Notes under the pieces: model-generated
Told to the model about the DNA's origin: nothing
The model's input: only the letters and a program-made list of their open reading frames with translations
Database searches by the model: none
Part shown: one piece after another, positions 1 through 6,999 of the stretch
Layout: each line of letters starts with the position of its first letter
How positions within the stretch are numbered: position 1 is the stretch's first letter
Virus record (IMG/VR): IMGVR_UViG_3300045988_148937
Location: 1 to 19,392 of that record
Reading direction: 5' to 3' (one strand)
DNA from: a virus
DNA length: 19,392 bases
Translations under genes and position numbers: made by a program

Positions 1-3
1 AAA

Positions 4-32
4 TTGTGTACCGCTTTCGCACGTGATAAGAT
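4..32 (+). promoter_or_regulatory. Candidate sigma70-type promoter inside the ITR, firing inward: -35 TTGTGT (4-9), 17-nt spacer, extended -10 TGaTAAGAT (24-32). An identical copy lies on the - strand at 19361..19389
   Basis: Hexamer spacing and the TGn extended -10 were read from sequence. No other obvious promoter sits upstream of either terminal gene. Confidence 0.3.
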
Positions 33-44
33 GTGATCGCAGTT

Positions 45-63
45 GGGGGCGAGGGAAGCCCCC
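45..63. other. GC hairpin GGGGGC-N7-GCCCCC inside the ITR (mirrored at 19330..19348). It would sit at the 5' end of a transcript from the ITR promoter
   Basis: Perfect 6-bp G/C stem seen in sequence. Confidence 0.4.
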
Positions 64-86
64 CGGATTGGAAGGTAGGCAAGGGT

Positions 87-437
87 ATGGAAACAACTAG
101 CGGAAAGATACCAAAATATGAAGTGCAGCGATTGTGCACGCTGCACAACGATCTGGTCATGCTTGAATCGCTTATAGCGCTGTTCATTTGCACGACGTTA
201 GACGCGGAGTACGCCGAATGCGATTGTGTGTATGTTGATGAACTTGGTGGGGATTGCGATGCACTTGGGAGATGGGGTTATTGCGACCCGTGCAAGGTAG
301 AGCGGGTTATGATGTTGGTGTTCGATATTTTCAGGATGTGCGACATAAGCGTTACCCAATCTATGGTGGAGGATATCGTCACCCGCGTATACAACAGCGT
401 TTACATCAACGGCTTAGGAGTAAATCATGGAGAATGA
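87..437 (+). CDS. Hypothetical Cys-rich small protein (CxC..C..CxxC, possible zinc ribbon). First gene inside the left ITR
   Basis: ATG at 87 lies 11 nt after GGAAGG (70-75, inside the ITR). The ORF track begins at GTG 33 inside the ITR, which seems less likely. Stop overlaps the next start (ATGGAGAATGA). Confidence 0.5.
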   Translation: METTSGKIPKYEVQRLCTLHNDLVMLESLIALFICTTLDAEYAECDCVYVDELGGDCDALGRWGYCDPCKVERVMMLVFDIFRMCDISVTQSMVEDIVTRVYNSVYINGLGVNHGE

Positions 438-918
438 GAACGGTTTTGAATCGTACAGGTTTAAGTCGCAGCAGATGCTCGATAGGGCATTCGGTTCGAA
501 CTATCTTCGTTATTGCGAGTTTGATGAAGCGACGGGGGGCGAATGCCCTGGTGCTGATTGCAACGCTTGCAAAGAACGTTTTGTAAAATCGGTTATAGAG
601 CAGATTGATACAGATGTTTTCAGCGAATTGGTCAATTACGAAATTAACGGCAGGAACGTCTTTTCTTCTCAGCATGAGATAAACCGCCTTGAAAATGAAA
701 ATCGCCAACTACGGTTGCGTATCACCGATTTGCGCCACGAGAACGAACGCATTAGAGAAAGTCCACCGGTGCAGCAAGCGCTGAAAGCTAGGGAACGCGG
801 CATGTTCGATGCACTTGCCGAGGTAGAGGACGCAATAGACCGAATCCGCTGCGGTAACGGTATACACCCAGAACTAGCTGAACACATGGAGAAATATGGA
901 TACCCGAACTATCGTTAG
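427..918 (+). CDS. Hypothetical early protein: N-terminal C-x9-C-x4-C-x2-C cluster plus a leucine-zipper-like coiled coil (RLENENRQLRLRITDLRHENERIRE). Possibly DNA-binding
   Basis: AGGAG 8 nt upstream of the start; 163-aa ORF. Confidence 0.6.
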   Translation: MENENGFESYRFKSQQMLDRAFGSNYLRYCEFDEATGGECPGADCNACKERFVKSVIEQIDTDVFSELVNYEINGRNVFSSQHEINRLENENRQLRLRITDLRHENERIRESPPVQQALKARERGMFDALAEVEDAIDRIRCGNGIHPELAEHMEKYGYPNYR

Positions 919-927
919 GAGCTACTG

Positions 928-1137
928 ATGAACACCTTCGATAAGGCAAACGTTGTCGATTACGTGAAATACCTGCGGGAGAACTGCCCGCATGCCGATG
1001 TCTATGCTCAGCAGATCGGAAAATCTTCGAGCTACGTTATCCGCGTCGACGGTTTCACGATTTTCGATAGCAGCGAGCTGCACGCTTTCTTGAGCGGGTA
1101 CAAGTCAGGCTATGCCAAGGGAAGGGCTTACCGATGA
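928..1137 (+). CDS. Hypothetical early protein (69 aa)
   Basis: AGGAGC RBS at 915-920; stop overlaps the next start (ATGA). Confidence 0.55.
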   Translation: MNTFDKANVVDYVKYLRENCPHADVYAQQIGKSSSYVIRVDGFTIFDSSELHAFLSGYKSGYAKGRAYR

Positions 1138-1358
1138 AAATAGAAGTGGAAGTTTCAGAGTACTTGAAGATGGCTTTACTGCTTGAGCGTCACGCCAATT
1201 TGCATGTGGCCATGAAGAACGTTGCATCCGACAGTGAAATGGACGGTTGGCACAAAGGGCGCGAGCTGACGCGTTTAGTCGATGGTTTTTCTGGCGAGAT
1301 AAGCGGTGAGCTTAAGTCGGTCATGGGGTGGTTGGATGAAGCTCAAGAAACTGCATAA
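1134..1358 (+). CDS. Hypothetical early protein (74 aa)
   Basis: ATGA start/stop coupling with the upstream gene. Confidence 0.55.
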   Translation: MKIEVEVSEYLKMALLLERHANLHVAMKNVASDSEMDGWHKGRELTRLVDGFSGEISGELKSVMGWLDEAQETA

Positions 1359-1512
1359 GCTGCTCGTGGACGATTACCTCATAACCGACCTGGACAACGG
1401 GTACACTCATCTGTCCACGGTCGATTTGAAAGAAGAGCTGGACAAGGAAGTTGTGAACATTTGCGCTTTCTACGACCAAGTTCTCGTAAAGGTTTGCGCG
1501 GATATGCGTTAG
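1336..1512 (+). CDS. Hypothetical small protein (58 aa from ATG 1336; ORF track starts at GTG 1306)
   Basis: Open frame continuing the early operon. Start uncertain. Confidence 0.35.
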   Translation: MKLKKLHKLLVDDYLITDLDNGYTHLSTVDLKEELDKEVVNICAFYDQVLVKVCADMR

Positions 1513-1541
1513 AATAGTGGCACCAAGAAAGGAGGTGAGAA

Positions 1542-1769
1542 ATGATTAGGAGAAAACTTACGTTCACAACCTGCGATGTAATAACCCCTGCGGGCGTTAC
1601 GTTAGGCAAATGCGAGCATATAGGGAAGATTTCTCCTGCAAGGCTCGCAAAAGTAGCCCGAAGGCGTTACAAGTATCAGCTCGCGACGATCACTAACTAC
1701 AGTACCCGCGAGGAAACCTACGAGATGGACGAGGAAACGTTCATCGAGCATGCTGAAAAAGTCAAATAA
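1542..1769 (+). CDS. Hypothetical early protein (75 aa), basic
   Basis: Excellent RBS AAAGGAGGTGAGAA upstream of the ATG. Confidence 0.6.
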   Translation: MIRRKLTFTTCDVITPAGVTLGKCEHIGKISPARLAKVARRRYKYQLATITNYSTREETYEMDEETFIEHAEKVK

Positions 1770-1789
1770 CAACAGGAAGGTAAACGATC

Positions 1790-2269
1790 ATGGAAGAAGC
1801 AATGAACGCTGTAGAGACCAACGAGATCGCGGTATTCCCCGCTGACAACGGAATCGCCAACTCTTGCGAAGGCTTCGCGCAGGGCATTCTGCGCAAGGTC
1901 AACGAGGAAGGTTATTATTCCACGTTCGATGTTTCAACAACAGCTGGCCGCAAGGCGCTCTACCGTGCGACCAACGCAAGCTCGCTTCTGCGAGATTTCA
2001 TGGAAACGCCGTTGGAGCTGAAGGACATCACCTTCGCGCCGTGCGAGATCTCCAACGACGATGGGGACACCGTGGCCATGTTGGGCGTGTACCTCACCGA
2101 TACCGACGGCAACACGTACAGTTCAACCTCTACGGGCGTGCTCAAATCGGCGATGCGCATCATCTCGCAGCTTGGCGAGCCTAGCACTTGGGACGAACCG
2201 CTGTCCGTCGTGTGCAAGGAGACCAACACCGCGAAGGGGCGTCGCTACAAGTTCCTCGACGTTGAGTAA
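1790..2269 (+). CDS. Hypothetical early protein (159 aa). Its position just before TP/DNAP would suit a replication accessory protein (SSB/DBP-like), by synteny only
   Basis: GGAAGGTAAA 9 nt upstream of the ATG; followed by an intrinsic terminator. Confidence 0.6.
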   Translation: MEEAMNAVETNEIAVFPADNGIANSCEGFAQGILRKVNEEGYYSTFDVSTTAGRKALYRATNASSLLRDFMETPLELKDITFAPCEISNDDGDTVAMLGVYLTDTDGNTYSSTSTGVLKSAMRIISQLGEPSTWDEPLSVVCKETNTAKGRRYKFLDVE

Positions 2270-2291
2270 AGCAGCGTCTGCGTGTATGCTG

Positions 2292-2318
2292 AAAGGGCGC
2301 CTTTGCGGCGCCCTTTTT
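2292..2318 (+). terminator. Rho-independent terminator: AAAGGGCGCC-tttgc-GGCGCCCTTT followed by a T-run
   Basis: 7-bp GC stem extended by A/T pairs, then TTTTT. Confidence 0.7.
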
Positions 2319-2336
2319 CATCTGCGGAAAAATTAA

Positions 2337-2360
2337 AGCCGTCGGCTTGCAGCGACGGCT
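2337..2360 (+). promoter_or_regulatory. Second hairpin AGCCGTCG-N8-CGACGGCT immediately upstream of the TP RBS, with no U-tract
   Basis: 8-bp perfect stem; followed by GAAGGAAGGTAGG and the ATG. Confidence 0.4.
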
Positions 2361-2378
2361 TGAAGGAAGGTAGGCGCT

Positions 2379-3584
2379 ATGGCGAGAAAGAAACGTACGG
2401 AACTGGACAAGGAGATTTCACGCGCCCAGAAAAACGCCCGTAACAAATTATACCGCATTCGAAAGAACGGCGCAATCAACACCGACGAGTTCGACCCTCG
2501 CGTGTCCCCGCAGGAGCTTAAGGCTATGAACGGCTCGCAGAAGAAGGCGTATCTGCGCAAGCTGAAGCTTTTCAACAAGCGCTCGAACAAAATCGTCGTG
2601 CAGAAGGGAAACGGCATCGCCGTTCCTGAAACGCTGCTCAAGCAGTACCGCCAAGCGGAGCTGGAGGTCAACGCCGCTCGAATCCTCAGGCGCGAGCAGA
2701 TAGAGGAAAGCGTCAAAACAGCCGCCCAGAAGGACATCGAGAAGATAAGGGAAGTCGTCAACACCGAGACTGCGCGCAAGGAACGGGCGGAGAAGCAAGG
2801 CAAGCCGTACAAGCCGCTTGAGAAGTCCGTGAGGGCTATGCGCGGCATGCCCGTCGATTGGCAGCGCCTGGACATCGATTACATGGTCACTGCAAGCGCG
2901 TACTACGATCCCGTCTTCAAGCGCCCCGTGCCAGGCGAGCGCAACCGATTCCAAGACATCGTGCCTATATGGATGCAGGAAGAGTTCCCTTCGGTCGAAT
3001 CGGTAGAGGTGCAGACCAGGAAGGCGAAGGAAGCAAAGAAGCGAATCAAGGTCGCCAGGAAGCGCTACCCTCAGTACCGCGCCGCTCTTGTAGAGAAGGC
3101 CATGTTCTCAGGCTACCCCGAGCTTGCGGAAGCGATCAGGGCGCTCACGTACGCCCAGCTTGATTATCTTCACTATTACACGGACTTCGACGCGTGGGGT
3201 TCGTTCTTCTCGTCTGGAAGGGCGTATGAACGGGGAGAGCAGGCGATGTTCGAGGAGGAACGCGACCAGACAGACCAGGCAGCAGAGCTTATGATGCGTG
3301 AGATATTGAAGGCTAGGCGAATCCGCCCAGGTCAGTCGGGGATATCGAACGTGACCTATGACATGGCGTACCGTGGCGTTATGGGGCGCGAGGCAGCGTA
3401 CGACCCCGACGGCGTGTCGGTGCAGCGCTCTGTGGCGTCAGTCGGCCCGTACAGCAGGACGGAGAGCACGTTCGGGCAGCATATCTTCGATTACAAGGCG
3501 GGCAAGGCAGGCGTTGCCATGAGCGAGCACCGTTTGCAGTCCGTTTACTACGAGATGCTCAGACAGGCGCGAGGAAGCCTATGA
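2379..3584 (+). CDS. Putative terminal protein (401 aa): basic N-terminus 'MARKKRTELDKEISRAQKNARNK', translationally coupled to DNAP
   Basis: Lies directly upstream of, and overlaps (ATGA), a protein-primed family-B DNAP, as in phi29, Cp-1 and PRD1. The N-terminus resembles phi29 TP 'MARSPRIRIK..AEYARLVKNTKAK'. The genome has ITRs. Confidence 0.6.
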   Translation: MARKKRTELDKEISRAQKNARNKLYRIRKNGAINTDEFDPRVSPQELKAMNGSQKKAYLRKLKLFNKRSNKIVVQKGNGIAVPETLLKQYRQAELEVNAARILRREQIEESVKTAAQKDIEKIREVVNTETARKERAEKQGKPYKPLEKSVRAMRGMPVDWQRLDIDYMVTASAYYDPVFKRPVPGERNRFQDIVPIWMQEEFPSVESVEVQTRKAKEAKKRIKVARKRYPQYRAALVEKAMFSGYPELAEAIRALTYAQLDYLHYYTDFDAWGSFFSSGRAYERGEQAMFEEERDQTDQAAELMMREILKARRIRPGQSGISNVTYDMAYRGVMGREAAYDPDGVSVQRSVASVGPYSRTESTFGQHIFDYKAGKAGVAMSEHRLQSVYYEMLRQARGSL

Positions 3585-5272
3585 TAGAGTACGCGAGCGA
3601 CTTCGAGACGACCACCGATGCGAACGATTGCCGCGTATGGGCGTGGGGCTGCGCGGAGGTCGGAGCCGAACCTGAAGACAGCTATGTTTACGGCAACGAT
3701 TTCGCCGGTTGGCTGTCCCACGTCATGGAAAACCCTGGGCGGTACTGGTTCCACAACCTCGGGTTCGATTCGAGGTTCGTTATGTGGAACCTTTTGCATA
3801 TGGGCTTCACGTGGGTGCCTAAGAAGCCGAAAGAAGGAGAGTTTTCGAGCGTAATAGACAACATGGGCAAGATCTACGCTTTGGAGATAGGAAACGCAAA
3901 CGGCAGGCTTCAGCTAGCCGACAGCTACAAGAAGTTCCCCATGAGCCTTGCGAGCGTTGCGCGTGCCTACGACTTGCCGATGAGCAAGGGGGAGCTGGAC
4001 TACGATGCTTACCGAGAAGTCGGGCACGAGCTTACCGAAGAGGAGAAAGATTACCTATCGCGCGACGTGCTGATACTCGCGCGGGCGATGCACAAGCGCC
4101 TTCAGGTGGGAACCAAGCTCACCACAGGGGCTGACTGCCTCGCCACCTACCAGGACATAATAGGCGACGTCAAATGGAAGATATGGTTTCCTCACCTCAA
4201 CCCGAAGCTCGACGGAGAGATACGCCAGGCGTACCGTGGCGGCTACGTGTACTGCAATCCGATTCACCAAGGCCAAGTAGTTGGCGAGGGGATCGCCTTG
4301 GACGTTAACTCGCTCTACCCGTACGTCATGCGCACGGCTCTCTTGCCGTGGGGCACGCCCAAGAGGTTCAAGGGCAGGCCGCGCGAAAGCGAGGAGTACC
4401 CGCTATGGGTGTGCTCGGTGCGCTTCGATGCTGCGATAAAACCAGGCAAGCTTCCCTGCATACAGATGAAGAACAACATGTTCTACGGTGACCGCGAGTA
4501 CATACGCGAGACGGTAGAGCCTATCGAGCTTTCCGTGTCTTCGGTAGACTGGAAGCTCATCTGCGACATGTACGAGGTAACGGTGTACGAGTGGGGCGGC
4601 GGGTACGCGTTCCATGCTTCACACGGCATGTTCGACGATTACATCGATCACTGGGTGCAAGAGAAGATCGTGGCAAGCAAGGATGGCAACCAGGCGCGGC
4701 GGCAGAACGCGAAGCTAGCCCTCAACAACCTCTACGGAAAGTTCGGCCAGAAGGTCGACGTGCAGGGCAAGGTGCCTTTTTTGGACTCAGAGGAGGTGTT
4801 GCGCTTCATCGACGGCGACGAGGACATGCGCGAGCCTGTCTACATCCCAGGCGCGGTGTTCATCACGGCGTGGGCACGCGACAAGACGATACGCACAGCT
4901 TGCGAGTTCGGCGACCGTTACCTTTACAGCGACACCGATTCAATCAAGGCGCTCGGGGCGGACATCCCAGAGGACGTGCACGTGGACGATTACGAACTGG
5001 GGGCATGGGCGTTGGAGGGAAGGTTCGACAAGGGCGTGTTCTTACGTGCCAAAACGTACGCGACGGTAACCGACGGCGTTCCGACCTACGTTTGCGCGGG
5101 CATGCCGAACAGCCTTAAGGATGTTATGATGTTCGAGGACTTCCGATTAGGGTTCACCACGCTGGGCACCGACAATCCCGACTACGCGAACCAAGATAAC
5201 TGGAAGCTCGTCCCTAAGAACGTTCGCGGCGGTTGCGTGCTCGTGCCGCTACCGTTTACAATTCACGGGTGA
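3581..5272 (+). CDS. Protein-primed family-B DNA polymerase (phi29-type)
   Basis: N-terminus 'DFETTTDANDCRVWAWG' matches phi29 'DFETTTKVEDCRVWAYG' (Exo I). Exo II 'HNLGFDSRF', Exo III 'YLSRDVLIL', motif A 'DVNSLYPY', motif B 'KLALNNLYGKFG', motif C 'YSDTDS' and KxY 'KTYA' are all present. Confidence 0.95.
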   Translation: MIEYASDFETTTDANDCRVWAWGCAEVGAEPEDSYVYGNDFAGWLSHVMENPGRYWFHNLGFDSRFVMWNLLHMGFTWVPKKPKEGEFSSVIDNMGKIYALEIGNANGRLQLADSYKKFPMSLASVARAYDLPMSKGELDYDAYREVGHELTEEEKDYLSRDVLILARAMHKRLQVGTKLTTGADCLATYQDIIGDVKWKIWFPHLNPKLDGEIRQAYRGGYVYCNPIHQGQVVGEGIALDVNSLYPYVMRTALLPWGTPKRFKGRPRESEEYPLWVCSVRFDAAIKPGKLPCIQMKNNMFYGDREYIRETVEPIELSVSSVDWKLICDMYEVTVYEWGGGYAFHASHGMFDDYIDHWVQEKIVASKDGNQARRQNAKLALNNLYGKFGQKVDVQGKVPFLDSEEVLRFIDGDEDMREPVYIPGAVFITAWARDKTIRTACEFGDRYLYSDTDSIKALGADIPEDVHVDDYELGAWALEGRFDKGVFLRAKTYATVTDGVPTYVCAGMPNSLKDVMMFEDFRLGFTTLGTDNPDYANQDNWKLVPKNVRGGCVLVPLPFTIHG

Positions 5273-5286
5273 AGGAGGTGATTTGA

Positions 5287-5670
5287 ATGGAAGTTCTCCA
5301 AGGTTTCGACTGGTGGGCGGTAACGATCGCTCTCGTCTTCATCGTGTTCGACTTCGTGTCGGGAATCGTCAAGGCGGCGTACAACAAGAGCATCTCGTCC
5401 TCCGTCATGCGCCAGGGGCTTTACCACAAGGTGGCAGAGTTCATGGTCATCGTGCTCGCGGTGTTCGTCGATGCGGCGTGCCAGCATCTTGAGCTAGGGT
5501 TCGACGCCCCGATACTCTCGGTAGCGTGCGCCTACATCGTGCTCATGGAAGTGGCAAGCATCATCGAGAACATCGGCGAGATGAACCCCGATCTGACAAA
5601 CAGCCCTGTTTTCGGCATCTTTCAGAAAGGAGAGAGCAATGACGCTTTACGGAATCGACGTGAGCAGTAA
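5287..5670 (+). CDS. Holin (3 predicted TM helices; resembles the phi29 gp14 / TcdE holin family)
   Basis: Strong RBS GAAGGAGGTG. Hydrophobic segments WWAVTIALVFIVFDFVSGIV, VAEFMVIVLAVFVDAA and ILSVACAYIVLMEVASIIENI. Immediately precedes and overlaps the endolysin gene. Confidence 0.7.
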   Translation: MEVLQGFDWWAVTIALVFIVFDFVSGIVKAAYNKSISSSVMRQGLYHKVAEFMVIVLAVFVDAACQHLELGFDAPILSVACAYIVLMEVASIIENIGEMNPDLTNSPVFGIFQKGESNDALRNRREQ

Positions 5671-6505
5671 CCAGCCCGCTGGAATCTGCTCGATGGTCGA
5701 TTACGATTTCGCCATCGTAAAGGCAACGGGAAACCCTCGCGGGTACTCGCAGTGGTACGTGAACCCTTACTATGAGCAACAGGTTCAAGAAGCCTACGAC
5801 AGGTGCGGGTGCGTCGGGCTTTATCATTTCACCTACGGAGGAGACGCGGCGGAGGAAGCCGATTTCTTCTGCGATACCGTTTCGGCGTGGGTCGGGTCGG
5901 CAATGCTCGTCATCGACTACGAGGGAGACGGGGCGCTTTCCCGAGGGCGCGAATGGCTGCGCGCGCTCATCGGGCGGGTTCGTGACAACACCGGGGTAAA
6001 TCCCGTGGTGTACGCATCGAGCAGCGTCATCGAAGAGCAGGAGCTGGAAGCGCTCTGCTCCGAAGAGGACTGCTCGCTTTGGAGCGCCAACTACTGGCGG
6101 GGATACGATACCGTCTACGGTTACGACACCGACGGCATGCGGCAGGACGTGCCAAGCTCGGCCTTGTGGCAGTTCACCAGCCAGGGCAGGCTCGATGGAT
6201 ACGACGGCTACCTAGACCTCGACGTGTTCTACGGAGACGCAGGCACGTGGGGCAAGTATTGCAGAGCGAACAAGGAAGAGGAAGAGGAAGACATGCTGAC
6301 GGAGCATCAGGACAAGCTTTTGGCGACCATCTACGAACAGCAGGTGGGAACGTACGACCCGACAGGGCGCGGCATCGAGCTTAACGACCATGACCATATC
6401 AAATGGATTGGCAAATATGTCAACGACATTCAAGCCAAGCTAGAAGAGCAAGACGCCAAAATCGACAAGATTCTCGCCAAAATCAAATGCGGGTGCGCAG
6501 ATTAA
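5639..6505 (+). CDS. Endolysin, GH25 muramidase domain (~aa 1-200), plus an atypical C-terminal region with a poly-Glu linker and coiled coil
   Basis: GH25 hallmarks 'YGIDVSSNQ', 'DFAIVKATGN', 'LYHFTYG', 'WQFTSQG..DLDVFYG'. AAGGAG RBS. Confidence 0.85.
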   Translation: MTLYGIDVSSNQPAGICSMVDYDFAIVKATGNPRGYSQWYVNPYYEQQVQEAYDRCGCVGLYHFTYGGDAAEEADFFCDTVSAWVGSAMLVIDYEGDGALSRGREWLRALIGRVRDNTGVNPVVYASSSVIEEQELEALCSEEDCSLWSANYWRGYDTVYGYDTDGMRQDVPSSALWQFTSQGRLDGYDGYLDLDVFYGDAGTWGKYCRANKEEEEEDMLTEHQDKLLATIYEQQVGTYDPTGRGIELNDHDHIKWIGKYVNDIQAKLEEQDAKIDKILAKIKCGCAD

Positions 6506-6776
6506 CGGCGCTCATCGACATACTGTCCAAGGAATCCCGCTGCGCTTCGGCCAGCGGGATTCCTTTTTCTTGCAATAGGCCGCAAACGGTGTCGGAAACG
6601 GTTGCGACGGCGGAGCGCAGGCTGCACTTCGCGAACCGCTCGCGCGGCATCTCCGCCGAAACGCCGTAGAGAGTCACCCTCACCTCGCACTCGCGGTCGC
6701 GGCTGTCGGCGCAAACATCGGCTGTTACCGCCCAAGCGCCGTCCGCCTTACCGCCTTCTAGGACAATTGTCTCCAT
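6483..6776 (-). CDS. Hypothetical 97-aa protein 'METIVLEGGKADGAWAV...'. It is the only antisense gene in the central genome. Candidate early/late transcription regulator by position (analogous to phi29 gene 4/6)
   Basis: ATG preceded by GGAAGG (10-nt spacer) and a perfect TATAAT (complement of 6809-6814). High GC3 codon usage. Caveat: the ORF runs through the opposite-strand terminator hairpin and overlaps the endolysin 3' end by 23 nt. Confidence 0.35.
   Translation of the reverse strand: METIVLEGGKADGAWAVTADVCADSRDRECEVRVTLYGVSAEMPRERFAKCSLRSAVATVSDTVCGLLQEKGIPLAEAQRDSLDSMSMSAVNLRTRI
6531..6568 (+). terminator. Strong intrinsic terminator: 12-bp perfect stem GGAATCCCGCTG / CAGCGGGATTCC around a C(UUCG)G tetraloop, then TTTTT
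   Basis: Read directly from sequence, 25 nt after the endolysin stop. Confidence 0.8.
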
Positions 6777-6781
6777 AGCAC

Positions 6782-6823
6782 TTTCCAACCTTCCGCTCAA
6801 GTGCGATAATTATAACGCTTGAG
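6782..6823. promoter_or_regulatory. Divergent promoter/operator region. + strand: -35 TTTCCA (6782-6787), 17-nt spacer, extended -10 TGcGATAAT (6802-6810), which would be the late promoter. - strand: TATAAT (6809-6814). The two -10s share the palindromic core ATAATTAT (6806-6813), flanked by IR CTCAAG (6796-6801) / CTTGAG (6818-6823)
   Basis: Hexamers, spacings and palindromes read from sequence. This is the only AT-rich block in a GC-rich 430-nt non-coding stretch upstream of the structural operon. Confidence 0.35.
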
Positions 6824-6940
6824 AAGCCCCGTTCGTTGTGCCAGTAGCGTAAATCGGGACAGCGGGCCTTGCGGCCACCGAAGCGCGGCTCCACTGCTGG
6901 GGGCTTTGAGCATGCCACGGGTGACTTCCGAGCAATCACA

Positions 6941-6978
6941 GACCCTTGCACGAAGTCGCACGACTAACTGCAAGGGTC
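6941..6978. promoter_or_regulatory. Perfect 10-bp inverted repeat GACCCTTGCA-N18-TGCAAGGGTC with a nested GTCG/CGAC mini-stem. It lies in the leader 22 nt upstream of the scaffold-gene SD
   Basis: Seen directly. No U-tract follows, so it is not a terminator. Could be an operator or an RNA processing/stability hairpin. Confidence 0.5.
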
Positions 6979-6999
6979 GACTAGTTTAAGGAGGAAGAA

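Larger units (their letters stand above)
1..79. repeat. Left inverted terminal repeat, 79 bp; perfect reverse complement of 19314..19392 (identity breaks at position 80)
   Basis: Direct comparison of the first 79 nt with the reverse complement of the last 79 nt. Terminus begins 5'-AAA, compatible with sliding-back protein-primed initiation. Confidence 0.95.

Noticed and set aside
33-86. ORF-track starts inside the ITRs (GTG 33 on the left; 19370 on the right)
   Set aside because: The identical ITR sequence would be translated in different frames at the two ends. ATGs with a GGAAGG RBS lie just inside the unique sequence (87 and 19307), so the ITR-internal starts are judged to be GC-driven open frame.
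254-586. Arg-rich + strand ORF overlapping two better-supported early genes, plus the - strand ORFs 406..708 and 669..887
   Set aside because: Alternative-frame overlaps with no RBS and biased composition.
4591-5118. 175-aa Arg-rich ORF in an alternative frame of the DNAP gene, with similar cases at 1864..2184, 2858..3163, 7809..8420 and 16519..17106
   Set aside because: Frame-shifted shadows of confirmed genes in GC-rich sequence.
6748-6951. 67-aa - strand ORF in the late-operon leader
   Set aside because: No RBS or promoter, it overlaps the proposed regulatory IR, and the translation is low-complexity.
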